The translations under genes and the position numbers were made by a program. This document shows positions 30,870 through 42,209 of a stretch of 64,000 nucleotides of DNA, one piece after another; position 1 is the stretch's first letter; each line of letters opens with the position of its first letter. The notes beneath the pieces were generated by a model. It was not told the origin of the DNA. It ran no database searches and saw nothing but the letters and a program-made list of their open reading frames with translations. The stretch lies in NCBI RefSeq assembly GCF_009914755.1, contig NC_060930.1; one strand, 5' to 3'. The stretch is from the human T2T-CHM13v2.0 reference genome, Homo sapiens.

Positions 30870-31771
30870 CTTTGTGGTTTTATCTACTTTTGGTCTTTGA
30901 TGATGGTGATGTACAGATGGGTTTTTGGTGTGGATGTCCTTTCTGTTTGTTAGTTTTCCTTCTAACAGACAGGACCCTCAGCTGCAGGTCTGTTGGAATA
31001 CCCTGCCGTGTGAGGTGTCAGTGTGCCCCTGCTGGGGGGTGCCTCCCAGTTAGGCTGCTCGGGGGTCAGGGGTCAGGGACCCACTTGAGGAGGCAGTCTG
31101 CCCGTTCTCAGATCTCCAGCTGCGTGCTGGGAGAACCACTGCTCTCTTCAAAGCTGTCAGACAGGGACATTTAAGTCTGCAGAGGTTACTGCTGTCTTTT
31201 TGTTTGTCTGTGCCCTGCCCCCAGAGGTGGAGCCTACAGAGGCAGGCAGGCCTCCTTGAGCTGTGGTGGGCTCCACCCAGTTCGAGCTTCCTGGCTGCTT
31301 TGTTTACCTAAGCAAGCCTGGGCAATGGCGGGCGCCCCTCCCCCAGCCTCGCTGCCGCCTTGCAGTTTGATCTCAGACTGCTGTGCTAGCAACCAGCGAG
31401 ACTCCGTGGGCGTAGGACCCTCCGAGCCAGGTGCGGGATATAATCTCATGGTGCGCCGTTTTTTAAGCCGGTCCGAAAAGCGCAATATTCGGGTGGGAGT
31501 GACCCCATTTTCCAGGTGAGTCCGTCACCCCTCTCTGACTCCGAAGGGGAACTCCCTGACCCCTTGCGCTTCCCAAGTGAGGCAATGCCTCGCCCTGCTT
31601 CGGCTCGCGCATGGTGCGCGCACCCACTGACCTGTGCCCACTTTCTGGCACTCCCTAGTGAGATGAACCCGGTACCTCCGATGGAAATGCAGAAATCACC
31701 CGTCTTCTGCGTCGCTCACGCTGGGAGCTGTAGACCGGAGCTGTTCCTATTGCGCCATCTTGGCTCCTCCC
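30870..31771. promoter_or_regulatory. L1 5'UTR: CpG-rich internal sense promoter (- strand) and antisense promoter (+ strand)
   Basis: Complete 5'UTR with many CpGs retained. The ~900-bp length fits the short form lacking the 129-bp ZNF93-binding segment. Confidence 0.85.
31325..31519 (+). CDS. L1 ORF0 (primate antisense ORF), 64 aa, 7 aa shorter than the canonical 71 aa
   Basis: MAGAPPPASLPPCSLISDCCASNQRDSVGVGPSEPGAGYNLMVRRFLSRSEKRNIRVGVTPFSR* with a good Kozak context (GCAATGG). Splice donors follow 31430 and 31515. Expression is unknown. Confidence 0.6.
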   Translation: MAGAPPPASLPPCSLISDCCASNQRDSVGVGPSEPGAGYNLMVRRFLSRSEKRNIRVGVTPFSR

Positions 31772-33074
31772 TTAACATCATTTTTGAGGCTACATAACAT
31801 TCAGTGACCTGGGTGAATCTTCAATTACATAAGCATTCCCTTTTGTTGAATGTAATATTTTTATAAGCTGTCACCATTACAAATTAGTGGTTTTCATTTC
31901 TTATTGATCACAATCCTTCATTGTCTGCTGTTAAACATCTTAAAATGGTTATTTCTTATATTTTCTCCAGTATTATAGTTATTTATATAACATGAAGGCT
32001 AGTTCTGTACCAGTTACTCCATCATGGCTAGAAGCAGAAGTCCACTATGCTTTTATTATTATTTTTTAGGGTACTGTTTTACCTCATCCTTGTGTAAGTA
32101 GTTTTGTTTATTAATCCAATGTGAGTCTGCCTAGTATTAGAGAGTCATAAAGCTGATGTGCTTTTTGTCAAATAATCTCGTATCTTAGGTTCTAGAGGAA
32201 ATGATGTAAATAAAGGTAAACTATGTGAAAAGTTTCATTTTTATAATGAAATGTCGAAAGCAGCCCAAATAGCCACAATAGGTAATAGTTAATTAAATAA
32301 TAATAAATTCACTTGATGAGATATAATTTTGCAGACTAGCAATGCAGTAAAAATACTTCAGACAAAATACTAGGTTAAAAAACAAACAAACAAAACCCCA
32401 CTGACCCCATTGTATATGCAACGGTACGTTCCAAAATTAAACCTAAATAAAACATACTCACATGTCCAAACCGTGAGCAAGAATCCCCCAGGCTTGCAAA
32501 ATTCATTGCAGTGTGGCAACAAGTATCATCAATTTTTTTTTCTTTTTTTTTTTTGGTGGGAAGGATTTTCATACCTTTTGGTAAAGTTTGTTGTATATAT
32601 AATTAAAACTCGTGTTTACTGGACAGATAAAATATTTGCTAAAAAATTTCAAGTATACACAGTTTTAGACATTTCTTGTATATATTGGTCATTAGAACCT
32701 CCTGTGATCAATGTCCATTTAGCTAAACTTTGACTTTTCTTCATTGTCTCAAGAAAATGTTGCTTGCTGTCACCTTTAATATTTCTAACACCACATCACT
32801 GCAGACGTCATGCCAGTTCTCCTGCTCAGAAGCTTAGGACTTTAGCCTATATGATCTGCTTAGCTTCATTAAAAGTATTTTCTTGAATCACATGTTTACA
32901 GTTTCATAGAAATGTTTTAATTTACCTCCAGCTGTTAAAATTAATTGCCAGTTTGCATCATTCAATCTCTGAATTTTCATTTGTATGTTATCATACACTA
33001 CCTAATGTTTTGTATCCTGTGTTTTACTAAATATCACCTTATGATCATTTCCCAGCATCATTAGAGAGTTGCTG

Positions 33075-33518
33075 TGTTTAACATTAGTGTTCTCAGGGTA
33101 GCAAATGCCAAGACAAGATTAAACATGCAGGAAAAGTAGGAGGGTAAGGCGGAGAGGAGGAAGGGAGCCAGTGACAGGGTGGGGGAGCCGGCAGACCTAG
33201 GTGCGGGTCTGACCCCAGCGAAGGGGAGGGAAGGAAGGAAGCTGGACGGAAACACTGTGGCCTGCACTGCGTCTCTAAGGGGAGCTGGGCAGGGCTGTCA
33301 GGGGCCCTTAGAGCCACAGTGGCCTGTCAGAGGATCCTGCATCTCCAGGAGGGGGCCTGCTTTCCTAGCCCTGCCAGACTCAGTCACCGCTGGGAGCAGC
33401 CCCAGGGAGCACAACTTCACAGGAACACGGTAGATTTTACAGTGCAGAGCTTGGTCCAGGGTCAGTTACATTCCCTGCAGTCAGAGATACGGGAAGTGCA
33501 TTCTCATAGCCCCCACAC
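33075..33518 (-). mobile_element. ERVL-class solo LTR (LTR40/LTR41-like)
   Basis: GCA.A.GCCAAGAC..GATTA...TGCA ... CAGACC...GTGC.GGTCTGAC.CC ... ending CCACA. Family recalled by eye. Confidence 0.55.
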
Positions 33519-33589
33519 TTTGTAAAAATCTTTAGTGCACCTATGCACCTACCATTCTATCTTAAAGCTATACCATATTACAAGTAATT

Positions 33590-34692
33590 CTTCTGAGTAA
33601 GCCAGAAACTCAGAATCTTCCTTGACAACATTCTGTCTCTCTTACCTCCATAGCCAAACCATCACCAGGCCAAATGAATTTGGTCTCTCCCATCTCTCTT
33701 AGCTCTGACACTTTATATTCATCTTTAGTAGGAGACTCTAATAATCACCCATCCCCACATCGTATCCTGCCTTTTTAGATCACCCGTGCCACCCTCCAGT
33801 GGCTGTTTTATCATATTGCCAGAGTAATTTAGGACAGAAGGCACCACCATATTTATCCCTACCCCTTTCATCCACTTTTGGCTTTTTGTAGCCTTTTGGG
33901 TGGTGTGAAATAATCTTGGCAATTCCTGTAGTGCTTCAGTTCACATTATGCTCCCCACTGTTGTCTGTGCTCCGCACACTGTCCACTGTGCTCCCCACAC
34001 TGTGATGCTCCCCATGCTGACCGCTGCTCTCCACACTGACCACTGTGCTCCCCACACTGTCCACTGTGCTCCCCACATTGCTGTGCTCCCCACACTGACT
34101 GCCGTGCTCCTCATGCTGACTGCCATGCTCCCCACACTGCCCACTGTGCTCCCCACACTGTGATGCCCCCCACACTGCCGTGCTCCTCACGCTGACTGCC
34201 GTGCTCCTCATGCTGACTGCCATGCTCCCCACACTGCCCACTGTGCTCCCCACACTGTCCACTGTGCTCCCCACACTGTGATGCTCCCCACACTGACTCC
34301 AGAGCTTCACACACTGACCACCTTACGGGTCCACACTAGCCAGCTATATCCTCCCACTTCAGCCATACTTTCAACACACTTCCTTCTTCCTAGACTGGTC
34401 CTTCACACCCTCTTCATCAAAGTCATTTACACACAGCTTTAAGGCCACAGCTTGAGAGAACTTTATTCAAGGATCCTTCCTTGACACTCTGTTGAAGTCA
34501 TATTCCTTGCATGTGACCTCTTGCAGGCCCACATTTCTCATCTTTTAGTGTTTATTGTAACTTCAGTTTCCCCTTTTTTGGGATTTTTATGTTACTATAG
34601 TTTGTAATACTCGATACTTTGCTATGAGGACAGTGCCTTCTGTTTATTTTTGCTCAGCAATAACATCTAGTATGTGTGTATTGTTGAATGGA
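33590..34692 (+). mobile_element. L2 fragment interrupted by a minisatellite
   Basis: L2-like text on both sides of the tandem array, ending ...GTATTGTTGAATGGATAA. Confidence 0.55.
33942..34297. repeat. Minisatellite with ~18-21-bp unit (consensus ~CCACTGTGCTCCCCACACTGN)
   Basis: Directly visible tandem units, with a ~65-bp block repeated at ~34095-34160 and ~34193-34257. This explains the repetitive ORFs at 33936-34314. Confidence 0.93.
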
Positions 34693-34719
34693 TAAGGGGC
34701 CTCAGTATAAAGGTGTAAG

Positions 34720-35260
34720 CTGAGATACAGGTATGGGAACAGTTACAGTTGGAGGTATACGAATGGACGTGGTCCCCAAGGTAAAAAGGGCAGGAAGGAA
34801 GCATCACCCGAGGTGAACACATGTGTCCTGCATTCACTTAGGGAAGATAGAGCATGTTTGAAGGCACAAAGGGGCCAACAGCAGCATGCATTGCAAGATT
34901 CACAGTAGTTCTGAATAACCTGAACAAGGAGCTACTAGGGGCAGGGCTCAGGAGGAGGATAGAAGTGGAAAGAAACCTGACCATCAAGTATTTTATATAC
35001 ATGTTGAGTGATCTGGACTTTATATCAAAGGCTAGTGAGAAGCCCTGAAAGGTTTTAAGGAGGAAGAGGCCTGAGCAGATTTGCCTTTCAGAAAGATCAT
35101 TCCATCAGGAATAGGGAAGAGAAATTGGAGGGGGCAGACCAGAGCCAAGAAGCCCCCAAGTTGCTCCTTAGTGACCCCGGCAGGAGTGAGGACAGCGGGA
35201 GCTACAGTGTCGGGAAAGGGAAGCTCTAGAGGGTGCAGCGGCAGAGTTATCACCGAGCTG
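34720..35260 (-). mobile_element. L2 fragment
   Basis: TCTGGACTTTAT.T....GGC.AGTG.GAAGCC.TGAA.GGTTTTAAG...CAGATTTGC.TTT.AGAAAGATCA.TC. Confidence 0.65.
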
Positions 35261-35894
35261 GAGGCTGCGGCCCAGGAGAGGACAGAACGCAGGAGGCACA
35301 GCTCCAAGGGATGGAGCCCAAGAGGGGCCTCTGGATTTGGCAAGCATTCAAATCTCAACTTTCTCTGTGAGCAACAGACAAACTTCACCTTCTTCAAAAT
35401 AGCACCAGCAAGGAAACACAATGACTTCTTTACCTTTTACCGAAATGTGTCCTTCAGCTTTAGGAGCAGCAGTCAGGAAAGGAAAAGAGAACATCTATCT
35501 GACTAGCTGGCCAGGAAAACACAGCCTCTGATCAGTGCACCATGGTGGGCACAGACAATAGACTCATGTTCAAAATATCACACGAGGTCTTGCACACTCC
35601 TTCTAGATGAACAGATGAAATCGGATCCAGAAATCTACTATGGGCTTAGAATAAGCACTTTGCCCTGTGACAAGATATCAAGTAAAGCTTTATCAAACTA
35701 CATAGAATTCTTTCCAGTTTTGAAATTAAGGTAGCTACCTTTATTCTTTCAAAGACTTCCTTAAGCCCATTTTTATGAAGAAGAGGGAACTTTTGAAACA
35801 CCTTATTTCCATTCTTTGTGATTTTACTTAGGATTCATGGATGGTAGTTCTGTTGCCTTAGTATAATTTAAGGCTTATTTCATGTGAAATCAAT

Positions 35895-36330
35895 TGGATA
35901 ATAATCACTTACTGAGTGATCTGAATATACACTATATGCCAGGCACTGGCCTAGATGACAGAAATGCAGATACTTCATACAAAATTGTCTTTGCCTTCTG
36001 AATTTCAGTGATTTGGGGAAAAGAATGCACATGTGAGGTCTGTGTATATAAAATACACAATCAGAGCAGATCTAGAAATCCAAGTGCTATGGAAACACAA
36101 AGGAGAGAGCAACTTTAGGGGAAAGCGAGAGATTTGCAACAGAGATGTTGAAAACTGAATTGATGCCAAATGGTAACTAAAGGTTTACCAGAGAAACACA
36201 AGAGAAGGGCTGGGGGCAGAGGAAGCAGGGTTTCAGGCAAGAGAAACAGTGTTTACCGTAACACGAAAAGACCAAAGAAGTTGACATTATTGGGGAACAA
36301 GTGAGCAATTTAGTACATTGGCGTGCAAAA
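35895..36330 (-). mobile_element. L2 3' fragment
   Basis: ACTATATGCCAGGCACTG.CCTAGATG ... AAGTGCTATGGAAACACAAAGGAG. Confidence 0.65.
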
Positions 36331-37450
36331 AGAGTGAAGGGATGGTTAAAAAGAAAAAAGGACCCTTTAAGACAGTCGTTAAGCTTTAATTAATCACACA
36401 CATGTAAAGGAGTGGGGAATATCACACAAGCAGACAAGTCCGTGTGCAATAAGACGAGCACGGAGACAGGGGAGAGAGAAAAGAACAGGAAAGGTGAAAG
36501 CATCTTGAGCTTCTGCAGCTATAGTCAGCTCCCTGTTTGCTCCACTGATGTGAAGAATGCATGCCCCATTCCCAGTGCCTGCTGCTGAGAAAGTCACGTG
36601 CAGTGCAGTGAGCAGGCTGACCAATTGCCAAACAGTGCACCCCCCAGGGGAATGCTGCAGAGCCCTAAATGATAACCAGCTGATATGGGTGATCTGCTCA
36701 GGCTTTTTGTGCTTGTCTGAGATTGGAGGACTTATAACAGAATAGTTCCTGTCTGTATCCATTTTGAGGCTTACTCTTCTTGAATTGCTGTATTTACTTT
36801 TTATATCTTTCTAAAAGTACAGAGATTATTGAAAACTACAATTTAGTATTTGCAATTATTAAAATCATAGTGGCAAATTAGACTATAACTTGTAAGTTTT
36901 CGATTTTTGAAATATCTAAATATTAAGATAGATTTAAAATATCTCAAAGAGAAAAGGCATGCTGTTTGCCATTTGACAGTAAATAGTCGCTAATCAATAT
37001 TCTCACATTTTAATGCTCAGCAGATTCTGACAACTTGACTAGTAATGAGTTAATATATTGTTTTTTATAACTTCATTAATAAGAAGTTTGTAGGGTAGCA
37101 TATTTCTATCTCAACTATCCCCAAAATGCTGTTTCTAAGGTCATGCTCAGTTCTAAGAATCCATAAATGTGCATGTGAATAGAATCACAAAGCAGCAGCA
37201 TGAAAACTTATATTTAGGGGAAATGTTTGCTGATTCCAACTTTCAATGAGTTTTATTTGGGAATTTTACAGATAATATCTTTAATCAAGTGCATGGTCTA
37301 TGATCTGTCAATCTCATGTGTGTAAGTAAAATCAAAGTTCATCAGATCTGTATTAAACAACTTATTTGTGTTCATAAAATATGTGTAGCTTTATAGTGAG
37401 TCTTGTTGGCTTTCTAATGTGATAGAGTAGGCATGCATAGATTAAAACTA

Positions 37451-38273
37451 TGATATAGTGAAATATATAATTGGTCTTCAGCCCATTTCCTGGCATAGGG
37501 CTCCTAAAATCCTTAGAATCTCCAAAATGATATCCTTTTTTATGCAAATAAATCAACAGATGGCAGAGGTAGCTTCAGAAAGGAGCTGGTCACTAGAAAG
37601 ACCAAAGCATGACTAGAGTGTTGGAACTTTCAGCCCTACCCCTGAACCCAGGGAGGGGAGAGGGGCTGAGGGTTAAGTTGATGGCCAATGCACAATGGTT
37701 TAATCAATCATGACTATGTAATGAAGCCTTCATAAACCCACAAAAGGACAGGGCTCAGGGAGCTCGGAATAGCTCAGCATGTGTAGGTTCCTGGAGGGTG
37801 GATCACCTGGAGAGGGCGGGGAAGCTCCACACCCTTTCCCCCATATCTTGCCCTATCCATCTCTTCATCTGTATTTTGTGTAATATCCTTGATAATAAAC
37901 CAGTAAACTTAAGTGTTTCCCTTAGTGCTGTGAGCTACTCTAGCAAATTAACCAAACTAAAGAGGGAGTTGAGGAAACTCCAGCTTGAAGCTGGTTGGTC
38001 AGAAATTCTGGAGGCCGAGACTTGCAAATGGTGTCTGGGGGAGGGAGGAGACAGTCTTGCGGGCCTGAGCCCCCAGCCCAAGGGATCGGATGCCATCTCC
38101 AGGTGAACAGTGTCAGGACTGAATCCTAGGACACCCAGCTGGCATTTACTACAGAATTGATTGTTGCCTATTGGTGGGGAAATCCCCCACACATTTGGCC
38201 ACAGCATTTTCTGTGTTGACTGCGGCGGCAGTGGGGTGAGAGCGGAGGAAAATGCTTTGATTTTTCCCTAACA
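37451..38273 (+). mobile_element. MER21-family solo LTR
   Basis: TG...AAATATAT..TTGGTCTT....CC.TTTCCTGGCA.AG.GCTCCTAAAA.CCTT.GAATCTCC; internal AATAAAC; GGACACCCAGCTGG; ends in CA. Confidence 0.8.
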
Positions 38274-39044
38274 AGGACCAATCTGATAGATCCCCACCTG
38301 CCACTGAACCTCCTGGTGAGCACGTGTCCAGCTGCGGCTGGTAGATTGTGATTCACAGGGAGGTCCACTTAATAAATGCCCAGCTCTCTCTCCTGTCCTC
38401 TCCTGTCTCCTTGCCTCCCTTCTGCACCCTGGCCACAGCTTCCCCAGCTCGGCTCCTGCTGTCTCTTCACCCACACTATGATCTCCTTCATTCCCACACA
38501 CGTTCTCTTCTCTAGAGGACTGACCTTCAAAATAACTCATTCACATTTATCCCAAAAGAATTCTGAAAAATGGTAGTCTCTTAGAGATCTTTATTCTGGC
38601 ATCTAAAATGCATGTTTATCATAGTTGCAAGCAATGTAATTTCTAGTGAAATACAAATATTGACATTTAAAAATAAAATTATTTTTTTCACTCTGTTAAT
38701 TGTATCCAGCCAGTTCTTAGTACCATTAGGGATCTGATTCTCACCATCAGTCATTTTAAAAATACATGAATTTGCTTTTCTTTAATTGCCAGATTTTTAT
38801 GTTGTTCTTTTATCCCCCTTGAAACTGTATTTTCATTTCACTCTCCTCTCAGAATGTTTTCCTAATGTAACTTTTTATTCTGAAAATTATTATTGATTAT
38901 TATATGATATGTAAATTAATTTAAACATTAAAAAATTTCCCATAACCATGTGTCCAAGAATTTAAATATATTTAAAATGTGTATTTATACATAGACACCA
39001 CTTTGAAATGGTGTCCATCTACCTATCTTATGTAAGAGAGTGAA

Positions 39045-39198
39045 AAGTATAGAAGGAAAAAGAAAGAAAAGAGAAAAGAAAAGAAAGGAAGGGAGAAAGG
39101 AAGGGAGGAAGGAAGGAAGGGAAAAGAGAAAAGAAAAGGGAGGGAGGGAGGGAGGGAGGAAGGAAGGAAGGAAGGAAGGAAGGAAGGAAAGATGGAAA
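39045..39198. repeat. Polypurine simple repeat (GAAA/GGGA/GGAA)n
   Basis: About 140 bp of almost pure A/G, ending in about eight consecutive GGAA units. Confidence 0.95.
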
Positions 39199-40711
39199 GC
39201 TCCATCCTGGATAAATTTTGTCATTAGAAGTATTACTAATGCATAACTTTCAGAACACCTGTTGTTAACCAGCAGGCTTGTCCACAAGTAAATCTGAACC
39301 ATGATGACTCTAGAACCCAGGGCTTGATCCTTCTCCGTCTCAGAGGGGCTACAATTCAATCCAGTTTTTTTGTGATCAGCTTCCCCCAGAACTGGTGATT
39401 GCCTCCATCTGACTAGAGTAGGGTGGGGTTTAAGTATTCCTATGCGTCCAGGGTCCTCAATTCTGGGCGTCTTTCTCAGACAACTCCCAGAAGGAACTGG
39501 CACCAGCACTACTGACCCCCGGGGGCCAGGGTGCTGCCAGCAGCAGAACCCCCAGCGCAGGCTGAGAGGCTAAGACGCGCTTCTGTGGGATGGGGAGCCT
39601 CCTTCTCCTGCGGGACTGTGGAATTTGTCCTGAACCCTGGCAGGTAGAGACCACAAAGGGACCTACCTTGCATGAAAAACATAGATGTATTACAAATTGT
39701 GATAGGTGATTTTTAAGCATAAAAGTAACATTTTGTATGAAATTCATCTCTTGATAGTCCAGGCTTTTGTTTTCAATTGGTCCATACATGTGGCTGAATA
39801 CTAATTTATTGTTAGATAAAATGAGGCCCAGCATTAATTTCGAGCCTATGTTTTATTTTATAGAAGGAAGCACAAGAAAGCCCTGTTATAATAAAGCAGA
39901 TGTGAATGAAAGGAATTTTAACAATGTGACTCAATTCTTTGAACTTATCCTGAGAATTATATGCCAACAATCACATAGCAATTCATTAATCAATAATTCT
40001 TTTTAGTGATCTCATCACTGATAAACTGTCGGGTCTGCCTTCAATTTTCTTGAAAGCCAAAAACTAGAAACTGCCTGACTTACAACAGGATTTGCTGCCC
40101 AGCCGTCAAAGCCATTCCCCTTCTCAACACCGTCACCAACATGATTTCAAACGGAGCCTGTGGCCTGGTGACCTGGGGCCTTGCAGCCAGAGACAGTGAA
40201 CTGTCAGGTTTGGGATGGATGAGAGATTTCCTTCTTTTGTAAAGCGGCAGAACTATTGTGAAAGGGGAGTAGAGAAAAGAGAACACCAGGGGCTTTCCTG
40301 AGCAGATCATCACTTTCAGAAAAGAGTACACTGAACGTTTAAAATCTGGAAATTGAACTCCTTAAAATTATTTGCATTTGGGTGCTCCTTGGAAAGCCTT
40401 TGTATGCCAAAGCTTTGTGTACCCAGTATAAAAATCTCTGCTCCAGAATGGCTTGATCTCCTTGGAGATCAGGCAGAAAATTCTGTCTTTTGCTTTTCTT
40501 TGCAATACCTGGTTGAACCACTGACTTACCGTACGTTTTAACTTTCCTGATATCCTACCATTATGTGTTACTATCAGCCTCGAATCATCCTTTCTTATTA
40601 TTTTATTCACAGAACTGTGGTGTTCTCAGTCCTTGTAGCCAATCTTCTTGTTTTTATCACAGCCTTAATAAGACAGAAAGAAATATGCATACAAAGCTAT
40701 ACTACCAGATA

Positions 40712-40921
40712 ACACAGGAACAGAAAACCAAATACCACATGTTCTCCCTTATAAGTGGGAGCTAAATGATAAGAACTTATGATCACAAAGGCGGAAACAA
40801 CACACACTGAACTTAGCATCTGGGGGATGTAACAGTATGTACAACAAACGCCCATGATGCGTGTTTGTCTATGTAACAAACCTTCACATGTACCCCTAAA
40901 CCTAAAATAAACATTTTTTAA
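40712..40921 (+). mobile_element. Short 5'-truncated old L1PA (L1PA15/16-like) 3' end
   Basis: CAGGAACAGAAAACCAAATACCACATGTTCTC...GTAACAAACCTTCACATGTACCCC...AAAATAAA. Flanking repeat AAAGCTATACTACCAGATA at 40693-40711 and 40922-40940. Confidence 0.88.
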
Positions 40922-40940
40922 AAAGCTATACTACCAGATA

Positions 40941-41115
40941 TGAAACCTTGGGCAAAGTACTTAACCTCTTTCTAAGTCTTGGTTTCCTTGTTTGTATCTA
41001 TGTATCTACCTCATAGGGTTGTCATTTATTATAAAGATGAAATAAGACCATATATTCTTGAACTTAGAATATTGTTGGGTCCATGCTAGGTATAAATATT
41101 AACTATTATTATTAA
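40941..41115 (+). mobile_element. MIR fragment
   Basis: CCTTGGGCAAAGTACTTAACCTCT...GGTTTCCT...TACCTCATAGGGTTGT. Confidence 0.7.
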
Positions 41116-42209
41116 TATCATTAGTATCATTATACATTTAAAATCTCTAACATATTCTATGGTCAACAGTTGAAGGAAATATATTACTAATCTATGTCCA
41201 TAAATTTTACTTCCCACATATTTTGACTTAAACTATAGTTTTTATTTTGTATTTGCCTTATATATTTAGTTCTCATTAACCTGCTAGTTCTGGGAGAAGG
41301 AGACCATTTTCTTTCTGTTTTTTTTTTTTTTAATTGAATGATTTTGTTTTATTCATCTTTATTTTCTTGACTATATATAGTATCCTGCGCATAGTAAGCA
41401 TTCAGTAATGTTTGTGGAATTAAATTTTGTCAAAGCACACATTTTTTATTTGTGAAAGTCCATGAGTAGCTAATGATCTATTAAACTGGGAACAGAAACT
41501 TCTACCTGCATAGTTCCACAAAAGAAAACCATCTGTGTGTTTGTTTAACCAGTAGAATTGAAAGATGTTTTGACTTTGCTCCAGGAATTAGAGTTCCATG
41601 TGACCTCCAGATAATGCTGTCTGACACATAATCAGGCCTCATAGAGAAGGAATTAAAAAGCAAGCATTACAGATCCTACATTATTATTATTATTTTTTGG
41701 TTTGAGACTGACTTTATTTCTCTCCAAAAAGAAATTAAAGCAAATATTTGTGTATGCAGTTTTAAAACCTATATTTGTTTTGATAGATGGTGTAACTGAC
41801 ATTCATTGGTATGTACGCATGAGAGTATGACTAAAAAGGCCTCTGTACGGCTAGTTATAAACCTTTCAGTTTAGTCTGTGGCTGTACCAGCTAGGCCTAC
41901 TATGAATTGTGTTTGATTCTGACTTCACCTAAATGAGCCTGATGACACGTGTGAAAAGCCCCACTTCGCTGGTTTTAGCACAGCTGTCCCTTCAGCAGAC
42001 CGTGACTTGCCATTGAATTTCACATGGGTAGTCCCTTTGGAGGTGCACAGAGTCCGAAAAGCGTTTCTTCCGCCCTTCCTCTTATCACCGTATCCTTGCG
42101 CTCTTCCTAGAGCAGCCGCTGCAGCAGCATCGCTTCTACGCTGTGCCCTGCGAGCGCGCCTGGCTTGGTCGCTGCTGAAGTGGCTGAATCTTAGGAGCAG
42201 AGGACTCCC

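Noticed and set aside
33936-34314. Repetitive ORFs, or a CRISPR-like array
   Set aside because: Head-to-tail minisatellite without unique spacers in a primate intron. The ORFs are by-products of a stop-poor unit.
38985-39509. 174-aa ORF with an LPSF-rich hydrophobic tail
   Set aside because: Arises from reading through the (GGAA)/(TTCC) repeat.
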